Positions 1-8,766 of a DNA stretch of 52,569 bases are shown piece by piece. Made by a program: the position numbers and the translations under genes. The notes under the pieces are model-generated. The model did no database searches and was not told where the DNA came from. It worked only from the letters and a program-made list of their open reading frames with translations. Each line of letters opens with the position of its first letter. The stretch's first letter is position 1. Origin of the DNA: a virus (Duplodnaviria > Caudoviricetes); the IMG/VR virus record IMGVR_UViG_3300012878_000049, positions 1-52,569 of that record; one strand, given 5' to 3'.

Positions 1-1188
1 ATGCCCCTAACCGACGTCCTCGTTCGCACCGCCAAGCCAGCCGCCAAGCCCCAGAAGCTGTTCGATGGGGGCGGCCTGTTCCTGCTGGTCCATCCCAACG
101 GCTCGAAGTACTGGCGCTGGAAGTACCGCTTCCTCGGGAAGGAGAAGTTGCTGGCGGCGGGGGTCTATCCCGACGTCCCACTGCGGCAGGCACGCGCACG
201 GCGGGACGAGTGGCGCACGTTGCTGGCGTCCGGGGTTGACCCTGGGGAGACGCGCCGCGCGCAGCGGACCGCAGCCGACGAGCGGGCGGCAAACAGCTTC
301 GAGGTCGTGGCCCGCGAGTGGCTGGCCAAGCGCGACTGGGTGCCCAATTACCGGATCAAGGTCGAGGCCTGGTTCGAGAACGACGTGTTCCCGTGGATCG
401 GCGCGCGGCCTGTCGACGAGCTAGGCGCTCCGGACTTCCTGTCGATGCTCAGGCGGGTAGAGAAGCGCGGCGCGCTCGAGTCCGCGCACCGGATCATGCA
501 GAACTGCGCCCAGGTCATGCGCTACGCGATCGCGATTGGGCGCGCGAGCCGAAACCCAGTCGCCGACCTGAAAGGCGCGCTGACGTCGGCGCCCGAGCGG
601 CACCATGCCGCGATCACGGACGTGAAGGAGATCGGCGGCCTGCTCCGCGCGATCGACGACTACAAGGGCGGCCACGTGACCCGGTGCGCGCTGAAGCTGG
701 CGCCGCTGGTGTTCGTGCGGCCGGGGGAACTGCGGCATGCCGAATGGCGCGAGATCGATCTAGAGGATGCCGAGTGGTCCATCCCGGCCGAGAAGATGAA
801 GATGGGCGCGGCCCACGTGGTGCCATTGTCACAGCAGGCGCTGGCGGTGCTCCGCGAGTTGCAGCCGGCGACCGGGCGAGGGCGCTACGTGTTCCCTGGT
901 GGCCGGTCGATCCAGCGCCCGATGAGCGACAACGCGCTGAACGCCGCGCTGCGCAGGATGGGGTTCGACAAGGAGACGATGACCGCCCATGGATTCCGCG
1001 CGATGGCGCGGACGGTGCTGGACGAGATCCTGCAGTTCCGGCCGGACATCATCGAGCACCAGCTCGCACACACGGTCAAGGATCCGAACGGACGCGCCTA
1101 CAACCGGACGGCGCACCTCGAGGAGCGCCGGAAGATGATGCAGGCCTGGGCCGACTATCTCGACGCCAGGCGTGAGGAGAGGCCTTAA
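1..1188 (+). CDS. int: P4-like tyrosine integrase with N-terminal arm-binding domain
   Basis: N-term LFDGGGLFLLV..GSKYWRWKYR; catalytic R (VRPGE), HGFR, LAH and Y (RAYNR). Confidence 0.95.
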   Translation: MPLTDVLVRTAKPAAKPQKLFDGGGLFLLVHPNGSKYWRWKYRFLGKEKLLAAGVYPDVPLRQARARRDEWRTLLASGVDPGETRRAQRTAADERAANSFEVVAREWLAKRDWVPNYRIKVEAWFENDVFPWIGARPVDELGAPDFLSMLRRVEKRGALESAHRIMQNCAQVMRYAIAIGRASRNPVADLKGALTSAPERHHAAITDVKEIGGLLRAIDDYKGGHVTRCALKLAPLVFVRPGELRHAEWREIDLEDAEWSIPAEKMKMGAAHVVPLSQQALAVLRELQPATGRGRYVFPGGRSIQRPMSDNALNAALRRMGFDKETMTAHGFRAMARTVLDEILQFRPDIIEHQLAHTVKDPNGRAYNRTAHLEERRKMMQAWADYLDARREERP

Positions 1189-1394
1189 GCCGCCTTGTCC
1201 CGCTCGACCACGAGATCGGCGATCCACGCATCGATCTCGGATTCGACCCACCGGGACGACGAGCCGAGCGATACCGGCTTCGGGAACCCGCCGTTCTGGA
1301 TCCGCGCGTAGATCGTCGCCTTGGCCAGGCCGACGCGGCCCATCACCTCAGCGATCTTCAAGAGGCGCGGCGGCTTCTGTTCGTTCTCGGTCAT
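1185..1394 (-). CDS. alpA: AlpA-family regulator / excisionase
   Basis: RLLKIAEVMGRVGLAKATIY..FPKPVSLG..SRWVESEIDAWI; convergent with int; start taken at MTENEQ. Confidence 0.9.
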   Translation of the reverse strand: MTENEQKPPRLLKIAEVMGRVGLAKATIYARIQNGGFPKPVSLGSSSRWVESEIDAWIADLVVERDKAA

Positions 1395-1561
1395 GCTGCT
1401 TTCCTCGTAATCAGGCGCCACCACCATGGCCGGCGCAGTCGTTCGTTCTCGACCCTCAGCCGCTCGATCTCGTCCGCGGCGAGGGCCAGCTGGTCGCGCA
1501 GCACGTCCTTGCGCGGCTGCTTCATGCGGCGTGGTGGGCGAGGGAATAGCTGGTCGGTCAT
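1391..1561 (-). CDS. Small coiled-coil phage hypothetical protein
   Basis: ATGA overlaps at both ends; ends LRRPWWWRLITRKAA. Confidence 0.65.
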   Translation of the reverse strand: MTDQLFPRPPRRMKQPRKDVLRDQLALAADEIERLRVENERLRRPWWWRLITRKAA

Positions 1562-1857
1562 TGAGGTACGCTCCCTAGAACACACACGAGAGCGCCGGCA
1601 TGCACACCGAAGGAAATTTCAGACTGGTCGCCGTAGTGGGGCAGGCGATCGACGATCCGCGCAAGTGGCATGCGGCCGGATTCGTCCACGCTGCCGGCGA
1701 AGACGATGCCGTCGAAATGGTAAAGGCGGGCGACACCTTCCCCTCGCGAGAGGATGCTGTGCAGGGCGGCATCGACGCTGCACGAGCCTTGGCGAAGACG
1801 CTTGACCCGGACGACACGTATGCCAAGAGGCGAGCGGAACTCGGGCTGTAGCGTCAC
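1558..1857 (-). CDS. Operon-strand bridging ORF overlapping an antisense gene
   Basis: GTG start overlaps the methylase TGA (GTGA); stop overlaps the next ATG (ATGA). Confidence 0.4.
   Translation of the reverse strand: MTLQPEFRSPLGIRVVRVKRLRQGSCSVDAALHSILSRGEGVARLYHFDGIVFAGSVDESGRMPLARIVDRLPHYGDQSEISFGVHAGALVCVLGSVPQ
1600..1851 (+). CDS. Antisense accessory hypothetical protein (83 aa)
   Basis: Protein-like composition; TACGCT -10-like element at 1567-1572. Confidence 0.65.
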   Translation: MHTEGNFRLVAVVGQAIDDPRKWHAAGFVHAAGEDDAVEMVKAGDTFPSREDAVQGGIDAARALAKTLDPDDTYAKRRAELGL

Positions 1858-4418
1858 GCCGCCTTCTCCAGATCCGGCGCCGCCGCTTCCAGCGCGTCGA
1901 ACAAGCCGGGCATCGACTGATCTCGCGCCACGCTCGCGCAGTAGGCCGCGGCATCGAGGAAGTACTTGGGATTCAGTTCGGACGCGTAGCCGCGGCGTCC
2001 CATCTTCAGGGCCATGTAGGGCACGGTCCCGATACCGCCGAACGGATCGAGCACCAGCTCGCTGGCCATGCAGTGCTGCTCGATGCAGCGCTCGACGATG
2101 TCGAACTGCAGCGGGCAGAGGTGCTGCTCCTGCCCCTTGTGCGCCTGGTGGCTGTTAAGCGTGCGCATGCGCGTGATGTCGGTCCAGACATCCGGGTGCC
2201 ACGACTGCGGCTGCAGCAGCATGAAGGACGACGGCAGCCAGCCGGACTCGGCGACGCGCTCGGCGATGCGCACATCGTGGCGGAAGTCGTAGACGCTCTC
2301 CAGGCTGTGCCGGCGGAACAGCTTGAAGATCGCCGCCTGGTCGAGGCCGTCGAGCATCTCCGGAGCCAGCGGACGGTCGCCGCTGGAGCGCCAGAACCCA
2401 TGCGCGTCGAACTGCCAGCGGGGGCGGGTGAACGTCGACTTGTCCTTCGCGACCGGGATGTCGGCGTAGCCGTTGGCCAGATCGCTGGGCGGCTTCCGGA
2501 ACTTCAGCACGTACTCCGGCATGCCGTTGCCCATGCGCGAGCCGTCCTTGCACTGCTCCGACCAGCCGAGACGGTAGGTCTGGCTGTTCTCGCGCACCAC
2601 GTCGGTCACGATGGTGACACGCGACAGGAACGCGAACCCATGCCTCTGGAATGCGGCGATGCACTCGTCCGAGAACGGCTGCACCGTCTGGAAGCCGAGG
2701 CCGTTGATGCCGCCCGGGGTGATCCGGTCTTTGACGTGGATGCAGGCGACGCGGCCGGGCTTCAGCACGCGCAACAGGTTCGGGATCAGGAAATCCATCT
2801 GCTGCCAGAAGTGCCCGTTGTTGTCGGTGTGGCCGAAGTCGTTGTAGCTGGGGGTGTACTCGTACTGCGTGGCGAACGGAATGCTCGTCACGATCAGGTC
2901 GACGCTGTCGGCGTCCATGCGCGCGGTTTCGAGCACGCAATCGTTATTCACCATCGTGTAGCCGTCGCCCGCGGCCTCGACGCGTTCGACGCCGAGCGAT
3001 CGTGCCAGCATGCCGGCCATCGAAGCGTGCGAGAGACCGTACTCGCGGATGATCTGGGTCATCTTGTCCACCATGTCGTTGTGTTGGCGCCAGCGGCGCT
3101 CGAGCAGCCGGCGCATGTCGCGCTCGGCTTCCGTATAGATCAGATCGATGCGGACTTCGTGCGTCTGCATGAAGCGGTAGAGCCGGTGGATCGACTGGAT
3201 CCAGTCGGCGAACTTGAAGCCGATGCCGAGGTAGATCGACCAGTGGCAGTGGCGCTGGAAATTGCAGCCGGATCCGAGCATCACGGGCTTACCGGCCAGC
3301 TCCTGGATCTCGCCTTCGCTGAACTTGATGACGAGCGACTCGCGGTGATCCAGCTCCTGCGAGCCGTACACCGTCGCCAGCCCGGGGATCTCACGCTCCA
3401 GCGCCTCGCGCTCAGACTCGAGGTCGTGCCAGAGGATCCGGTGCGCGTCGGGATCTTCCGCGCGCAACTCCATCAGCTTGGCCAGCCGCGTCGGCAGGCT
3501 GTCGCGCTTCTCGCGCGCGGCCTCCTGCAGCCCGAGCGATGTCGACCGGAACAGCCGCGCCTGCCCATCCTTCTCGACGCCGGCGGCGCCGTGGTCGGTC
3601 GCGACTTCGTGCCAGCGCACATCCAGCGGCGGGAGGTCGTAGCCCTCATCGCTGAAGCTGGGATCGAGATCCGACGGCTTCTGGATGAAGAGCGCCCAGC
3701 TGGCGACCCAGAGCCAGAACTCGCGCTCCTTGTGCGGATGCAGAGTCAGCTGATCGGCCTTTTCGCTATTGCGCTTGAAGAACCGGGTCTTCGCCTGGCC
3801 CACATCCATGATCCCGAGGAACGCGGCGTAGGCGAGCAGCTCGATGTATTCGTTCGGGCTGGGTGTCGCGGTCGCGACGAATCGATAAGGGATGCCGGCG
3901 GACTTCACGCCTGCAGCGCGATCGTCGCCGGCAATCGTGGCCATGAACTCGCGGAAGGTCTTCGAGCCGCCGAAGCCACGCAGGATTGCGGCCTCGTCCA
4001 GGCTGACCGCGACGAACGCGCGCGGGTCGAGCTTCCCGTCGCGCACCGTCTCGTAGTTGGTGAGGTAGATGCCGCGCGGGTCCGTGGCTTCCTCAATCGT
4101 GCGGATGAACTTCACCGGGACGCCGAGCATCGCCGCGTCGCGCACGAACTCCTGCCTCACGCCGAGCGGAATCACGATCAGGCCCATGCCGAACGCGCGC
4201 TCGGCGCCGATGCGCACGGCCTCGATCTGCATCACCGACTTGCCGAGCCCGAACGCAGCGAACAGTGCGCGGCGCCCGCCGTCGACAGCCCACTGCACCG
4301 CTGCGCGCTGGTGCTGTTTCAGGATCGCGCTGATCTCCGCCGGCATTACCTGGACGCCGGTGCGCGGCGCGACCGCGGCCTTCGCGCGCAGGAACTGGTC
4401 GTAGTCGAGGAGGTTCAA
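1854..4418 (-). CDS. SF2/SNF2-like helicase fused to N4/N6 DNA methyltransferase
   Basis: FGLGKS Walker A, DEAA, ATATP, GCNFQ and HRLYRF helicase motifs; C-term VTSIPF, HLCPLQ and VLDPFGGIGT SAM-binding motif. Confidence 0.9.
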   Translation of the reverse strand: MNLLDYDQFLRAKAAVAPRTGVQVMPAEISAILKQHQRAAVQWAVDGGRRALFAAFGLGKSVMQIEAVRIGAERAFGMGLIVIPLGVRQEFVRDAAMLGVPVKFIRTIEEATDPRGIYLTNYETVRDGKLDPRAFVAVSLDEAAILRGFGGSKTFREFMATIAGDDRAAGVKSAGIPYRFVATATPSPNEYIELLAYAAFLGIMDVGQAKTRFFKRNSEKADQLTLHPHKEREFWLWVASWALFIQKPSDLDPSFSDEGYDLPPLDVRWHEVATDHGAAGVEKDGQARLFRSTSLGLQEAAREKRDSLPTRLAKLMELRAEDPDAHRILWHDLESEREALEREIPGLATVYGSQELDHRESLVIKFSEGEIQELAGKPVMLGSGCNFQRHCHWSIYLGIGFKFADWIQSIHRLYRFMQTHEVRIDLIYTEAERDMRRLLERRWRQHNDMVDKMTQIIREYGLSHASMAGMLARSLGVERVEAAGDGYTMVNNDCVLETARMDADSVDLIVTSIPFATQYEYTPSYNDFGHTDNNGHFWQQMDFLIPNLLRVLKPGRVACIHVKDRITPGGINGLGFQTVQPFSDECIAAFQRHGFAFLSRVTIVTDVVRENSQTYRLGWSEQCKDGSRMGNGMPEYVLKFRKPPSDLANGYADIPVAKDKSTFTRPRWQFDAHGFWRSSGDRPLAPEMLDGLDQAAIFKLFRRHSLESVYDFRHDVRIAERVAESGWLPSSFMLLQPQSWHPDVWTDITRMRTLNSHQAHKGQEQHLCPLQFDIVERCIEQHCMASELVLDPFGGIGTVPYMALKMGRRGYASELNPKYFLDAAAYCASVARDQSMPGLFDALEAAAPDLEKAA

Positions 4419-4717
4419 GCGGCCTCCTGCATCAGCGCGGCCAGATCGATCTCGTCGACGGCCTCACGCAACTGCCGGCGGGCGGCCAGCAGCACGCGCG
4501 CGATGTGCTCGCGCGGCGTGTCGACGGAGAAGCCGCGGTAGGCGAAATGCAGCCGCCCCGTGTGGTCGCGGCGGAACAGGCGCCATTCCACCGCTGCCGG
4601 CGGCAGGCCGCCGCGCGCCGACGGGAAGCGGCCCCAGCTGAAGCCCCTGTTCTTGCGCGGCGCGCGGCGACCTAAGTGGGCTACGCTGCGTAGGGTCACA
4701 GACATGGAGGGCTTCAT
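4415..4717 (-). CDS. Phage hypothetical protein
   Basis: Coupled overlaps with neighbours in the leftward operon. Confidence 0.6.
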   Translation of the reverse strand: MKPSMSVTLRSVAHLGRRAPRKNRGFSWGRFPSARGGLPPAAVEWRLFRRDHTGRLHFAYRGFSVDTPREHIARVLLAARRQLREAVDEIDLAALMQEAA

Positions 4718-4986
4718 GACCGATCACCTATGCGAGAAGTGCACTCAAATCGCCGCGTCTCCCAATAAAAACTGGCCGCTATCCGGCTTTCTGCAGAACG
4801 GATTCCAACGGGAACCAATCGGCTGGGAGCACGTGCCGCTGCTTTGCGACGACTGTGGAGCGAGGTGGACCAGATCGACGTACCGGCCGGATGGCGCCGT
4901 GAGCTGGTCACGGAGGTAGCCATGCATCGGCGAACTTGGGGAGGCTCGGCGCGGTACTGAGACAGATCGCTGCTGTGCTTAAGCAT
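4714..4986 (-). CDS. Operon-strand bridging ORF overlapping an antisense gene
   Basis: Start overlaps the J-domain gene stop by 8 nt; stop overlaps the next ATG (ATGA). Confidence 0.35.
   Translation of the reverse strand: MLKHSSDLSQYRAEPPQVRRCMATSVTSSRRHPAGTSIWSTSLHSRRKAAARAPSRLVPVGIRSAESRIAASFYWETRRFECTSRIGDRS
4716..4919 (+). CDS. Antisense zinc-ribbon mini-protein (67 aa)
   Basis: GGAGG SD; CEKC...CDDCG cysteine pairs; TACGCT at 4682-4687. Confidence 0.65.
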   Translation: MTDHLCEKCTQIAASPNKNWPLSGFLQNGFQREPIGWEHVPLLCDDCGARWTRSTYRPDGAVSWSRR

Positions 4987-5617
4987 GCGTGCCAGTCTCC
5001 TTCTGGTAGGCCGCCCATGCAGCCTCTACCTTCGCGAACTCGGCATCGCTGCCGCCGCGATCAGGATGTGCCTGGGAGCGGAGGCGGCGATAGCTGCCGA
5101 GCGGATCGGCGGGGTCGAGCACGTCGCGCCACGACAGCGCGACCGGCGACGGCAGAGCGGTGAAGCCGGAGAACGCACGCTCGAGGATGGTGGCGCCGCC
5201 GTGCCGCTCGATCGCACGCATGGCATCCAGCGTCGCCGCGACCGCCGCGAGGTTGTCTGCGACGCGGTCGTAGCGGTCGATCGCCATGCACTTCGGCGGC
5301 TGGCTGCGGTCGAATCGATCCGACCAGTAGACGGCGACGCCCGGGTCAGCCGGCTCCGCCTGGTTGCTTCGGGGGAAACCATCGAGGCGCAGCTGCAGGT
5401 TGGTGCTGATCACCAGGTCATCGGATGCGATGCCCATGCGGTCCAGCTCAAGGCGCACACGCTCGACGGCCTCAGAGATGGTGAGCTGCCGCTGGTTGTC
5501 CCAGCCACCGCCGGCGCGCGCGCGGGACGCCTTGCGGAAGCGGGAGCGATCGCGCGCGCCCGCGGGGGTACGCTTCCAGCCTGTCGGCCAGGTGAGGGGG
5601 TAGGCGGGGATGGCCAT
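4979..5617 (-). CDS. Phage protein with C-terminal DnaJ-like J domain
   Basis: YRRLRSQAHPDRGGSDAEF containing the HPD motif. Confidence 0.8.
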   Translation of the reverse strand: MAIPAYPLTWPTGWKRTPAGARDRSRFRKASRARAGGGWDNQRQLTISEAVERVRLELDRMGIASDDLVISTNLQLRLDGFPRSNQAEPADPGVAVYWSDRFDRSQPPKCMAIDRYDRVADNLAAVAATLDAMRAIERHGGATILERAFSGFTALPSPVALSWRDVLDPADPLGSYRRLRSQAHPDRGGSDAEFAKVEAAWAAYQKETGTHA

Positions 5618-6540
5618 CAGCCTTTACCCCCGTCCTGTACGATCGCGCCCGCCTCGGTCGCGCCGTCGGGCGCCGCTCCGGTCAGGTTCGGTTCGGCGGC
5701 CGGCTGGGGCGCGGCGGCGAACTCGACGAGAGTCACGCACCCTTCGTCCGGATAGTCCGGGTTGAAAACGTGCAGGCCATAGGGGCCGGTTGCGTCGGCG
5801 TCCGTTTCCTCCCCGTCAAGTGCGATACGACCCACAACGAGCGTGGCGCCGGCATAGCGGTCGTCAACGTCCTCCGCGTCGGGGTCGTTCGTGACCTGCG
5901 CGAGGAAGTTCTCCACGTCTTCAGGTGCCAGCGCCATCTGCACAGGAACCAGCGCGTAACCCTCCGGCACCACCGCCACGGGTGCGGCCACCTGTTCGGA
6001 TGGTGCGGGCAAGGGATCATCCTCGAAGTCGTACAGGCTGCGAGGTGATGCGGATGGTGCGGGCTGGGTGGATAGGGCGGCGTCGCACTGGTCTGCTATC
6101 CGACGCAGCATGCGCTTCACGGCATCGTGGTCGCCGGACAGCGTGTCAGCGAAGGAGCCGCGCAGGGCTTCGTCTCGCAGTTCACGCAGCGCCAGCACCG
6201 CATCACCGGCAACAGGCTGCGGGCGGTCGTAGACGCCTACGATCCGCTGCCGCGCGTCCGTCTCGTTGATCCAGTCGTTGACCAGCTGACGCGCGACCGC
6301 CCCGCCATTCGCATCGTTTGTGGTCAAGCCGTAGTGCACAGTCCCTTCGGGGTCAACGGCGAGCCAGTACGCCACCGCCTGCCCCTGCTCGCCGTCTCCG
6401 CGCAGGCGGGCGGCGATGTGCTCAAGAGCCATGCTGAAACCGTCATCGGGCGGCTGGTTCTGATCGTGGTCGTAAGCCAGATCCACCGCGCGGGTCAGCA
6501 GCTCCAGTGCCTGCGCATTCGTCATCGTGGCGGCGTTCAC
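5617..6540 (-). CDS. Phage hypothetical protein (mosaic, acidic)
   Basis: 307-aa ORF coupled to both neighbours. Confidence 0.7.
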   Translation of the reverse strand: MNAATMTNAQALELLTRAVDLAYDHDQNQPPDDGFSMALEHIAARLRGDGEQGQAVAYWLAVDPEGTVHYGLTTNDANGGAVARQLVNDWINETDARQRIVGVYDRPQPVAGDAVLALRELRDEALRGSFADTLSGDHDAVKRMLRRIADQCDAALSTQPAPSASPRSLYDFEDDPLPAPSEQVAAPVAVVPEGYALVPVQMALAPEDVENFLAQVTNDPDAEDVDDRYAGATLVVGRIALDGEETDADATGPYGLHVFNPDYPDEGCVTLVEFAAAPQPAAEPNLTGAAPDGATEAGAIVQDGGKG

Positions 6541-6713
6541 GGCTTCGTCCCCGAGCGTGCGTCGCGCTGCGCGTCATCGCGCATCGTCTGGAGCGCGTGC
6601 AGGCGGTTGCGGTCCAGCTGATCGTAACCGGCGGCCGGCGCGTGCTGGTTGACGATCGAGATCGCCCATGCGAGCGCGTCGATCTTGTCCTGAGGGTCGA
6701 TGTGTCCGCTCAT
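6537..6713 (-). CDS. Small hypothetical protein (58 aa, not in ORF track)
   Basis: Read by eye: MSGHIDPQDKIDALAWAI...GTKP; ATGA and GTGA overlaps at both ends. Confidence 0.6.
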   Translation of the reverse strand: MSGHIDPQDKIDALAWAISIVNQHAPAAGYDQLDRNRLHALQTMRDDAQRDARSGTKP

Positions 6714-7006
6714 GCGGCTTGCTCCTGAGATTCGTAGACCCAGCGGCGCACGGTCCCGAAGGGGACGCCGAGGGTTTCGCTGATGGATGCGACGGTCTTG
6801 CCGGCCGCGCGGAGTGCGCAGGCGCGGCTACGGGTGGCGTCTGGCCAGTACCTGGCGTGCGGCATGACTGGCGCAGGCGCACCGACCGACCGGGCCTTGT
6901 CCTGCACCGCGCGCGGCGTGCGGCCCAGGTCGGCGGCGGCACACAGCACGTTTCCGCCAGCGTGCGCGCGAAGGGTGGCCAGCTCGGTGGTGCGCCAGTG
7001 CTTCAT
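6710..7006 (-). CDS. HTH-containing phage protein
   Basis: Start MKHWRTTEL; C-term KTVASISETLGVPFGTVRRWV helix-turn-helix. Confidence 0.65.
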   Translation of the reverse strand: MKHWRTTELATLRAHAGGNVLCAAADLGRTPRAVQDKARSVGAPAPVMPHARYWPDATRSRACALRAAGKTVASISETLGVPFGTVRRWVYESQEQAA

Positions 7007-8766
7007 GCGGCCTTCTTCTCCGGGCCGTTGGGAAGTGCGGCCGCCAACTCCGCCTCTTTGCGGAGCACGTCCTGCATGGCCTCGCACATGGCCGGGAAGT
7101 CCGACCAGGCGTAGAGCTTCGCTGCGCGCTCGTTGCCGACAGACTGGAAGCCAATCCGCGCCAGGCCGGCCGCGTCGATCGAGATCGGCGAGATGCGCTC
7201 GTTGATCTCGCCCAGCCGGATCCTTGCATCGGACTGCACCGCGGCGACAGCGCGTTCGACCAGCCGCGGCGCGGCCTGCGAGTGCTTGACCGGTGCAGGT
7301 GCCGCCGGCGTCGGCTGCTCGGCTACTGCGGGTGCCGGCTCGACCTTGGCGGCATCTTCTGCGGCCTTGGCCTCTGCCTCGCGCGCGGCGGCCTGCTCGC
7401 GTTCGATGCGATTGGTCTCTTCCTTGCGGATGCGCTCGCGCTCCTGCTCCAGGCGCTCGGCCTCGACACGCTGGGCTTCGGCGATGCGCGCGGCGACGAG
7501 GTTCCGCAGATCCTCCGGCGTCTTGCCGGCGCACAGTGCAACGCGGTCGGCGAACAGGTGTGCATGCGACTGGTGCTCGACGAGGATCGCCACGTTCGCG
7601 CGCACGCGGTCGGCCTGCTGGCTGGCGGCGATCTTCGCGTTTGCGGCGACCGCGCCGACGGCTTCGTCCATCGCTGCGAACGAGCGCTTGCCCTTGAGTG
7701 CGGCCGCGATGTCGGCTACCAGGGTCGTCGGCATTGCCAGCCCGTGCGCGCCGAGAGTCTCGTTGATGCCGAGGATGTGGTCCTGCACCGCCCGGCGCGC
7801 GGCGTTCCCGATCTCGCTGCGACGTTCGTCCTTCCGGCGCTTCACGAGCTTGTCGAGGTCCAGGCGCTTCTCGCGGGCCTCCGCGCTGATCTGGTCGATC
7901 GTGCGGAACAGCTCCTCGATGCTGCTGGTCTGGCTCAGCGCGTGCGCCTTCGCCGCCTTCAGCTGGTCTTCGATGTCGCCGCACCACTTCACGGTCCTCT
8001 CGGCGTCGGCGAAGTCCTGATCGGTCTGCAGGTCGGTGCTGATGCCGCGGAACACCGCGATCGCCGCGTCCTTCCATTCGGCGAGGTTGCTGGCGGTGAC
8101 CATGCCGGTGACCTCGACGCGCAGGGCCGGCAGCTGGTCCGGCGCGCGGCCGGGAGCCACGTGCGCGGCGGCGGCCGGCACCTCGTAGGCGGCCACGTCT
8201 GCCTCGAACTGCGCCCAGCCCGCGACGATGCGCTCGCGCAGATCGAGATCGGCGTAGTACCAGCAGTGCCGCTGCTCGACCAGCATGTCGCCGTCCCACT
8301 TCGACGCCATGAACAGCACCGACTCCGCGCCGGACACCATGCACTGGTGCTCCATCTGCACGCGGTAGTGCTCGGGCAGATCGGCGCCCTTGCACCCGTC
8401 GACCATGGCCGCGCGCAGCGTGTCGTTGAGCGACTTGTGCTCGAACGCAGCATCGGCCATCAGGGTCAGGCCGTCGAAGCTGGCCGAGTACTTGCCCTCG
8501 GTGCCGACGCACGGGAACAGATCCTCGCCAACGATCTCTTCGGCCAGCGGCCTGGCCAGCGCCTCGTAGCGGTGACCGTCATCGAAGCGGCGCTGGGTCG
8601 CTTCGTCGATCTCCGGTGCGATGCCGGTGGCGGTCTCGCGCACGAGCTCGCTGCGGGACTTGTAGGGCGAAATTCCGAGCATCGCCGGCGCATCGCTCGC
8701 ATTGAGGTGCGCGGCACGATGCGCGTGCCATGCCGGCGTTCCCTGGATGAGGTTGACGACCTTCAT
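7003..8766 (-). CDS. YqaJ-family viral recombinase exonuclease with coiled-coil tail
   Basis: QGTPAWHAHR..ASDAPAMLG, ASFDG, EHK and YRVQMEHQ motifs; start MKVVNLIQG. Confidence 0.9.
   Translation of the reverse strand: MKVVNLIQGTPAWHAHRAAHLNASDAPAMLGISPYKSRSELVRETATGIAPEIDEATQRRFDDGHRYEALARPLAEEIVGEDLFPCVGTEGKYSASFDGLTLMADAAFEHKSLNDTLRAAMVDGCKGADLPEHYRVQMEHQCMVSGAESVLFMASKWDGDMLVEQRHCWYYADLDLRERIVAGWAQFEADVAAYEVPAAAAHVAPGRAPDQLPALRVEVTGMVTASNLAEWKDAAIAVFRGISTDLQTDQDFADAERTVKWCGDIEDQLKAAKAHALSQTSSIEELFRTIDQISAEAREKRLDLDKLVKRRKDERRSEIGNAARRAVQDHILGINETLGAHGLAMPTTLVADIAAALKGKRSFAAMDEAVGAVAANAKIAASQQADRVRANVAILVEHQSHAHLFADRVALCAGKTPEDLRNLVAARIAEAQRVEAERLEQERERIRKEETNRIEREQAAAREAEAKAAEDAAKVEPAPAVAEQPTPAAPAPVKHSQAAPRLVERAVAAVQSDARIRLGEINERISPISIDAAGLARIGFQSVGNERAAKLYAWSDFPAMCEAMQDVLRKEAELAAALPNGPEKKAA

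Noticed and set aside
2073-4541. 822-aa plus-strand ORF
   Set aside because: Codon-aligned shadow of the helicase-methylase; no motifs and no coupling to neighbours
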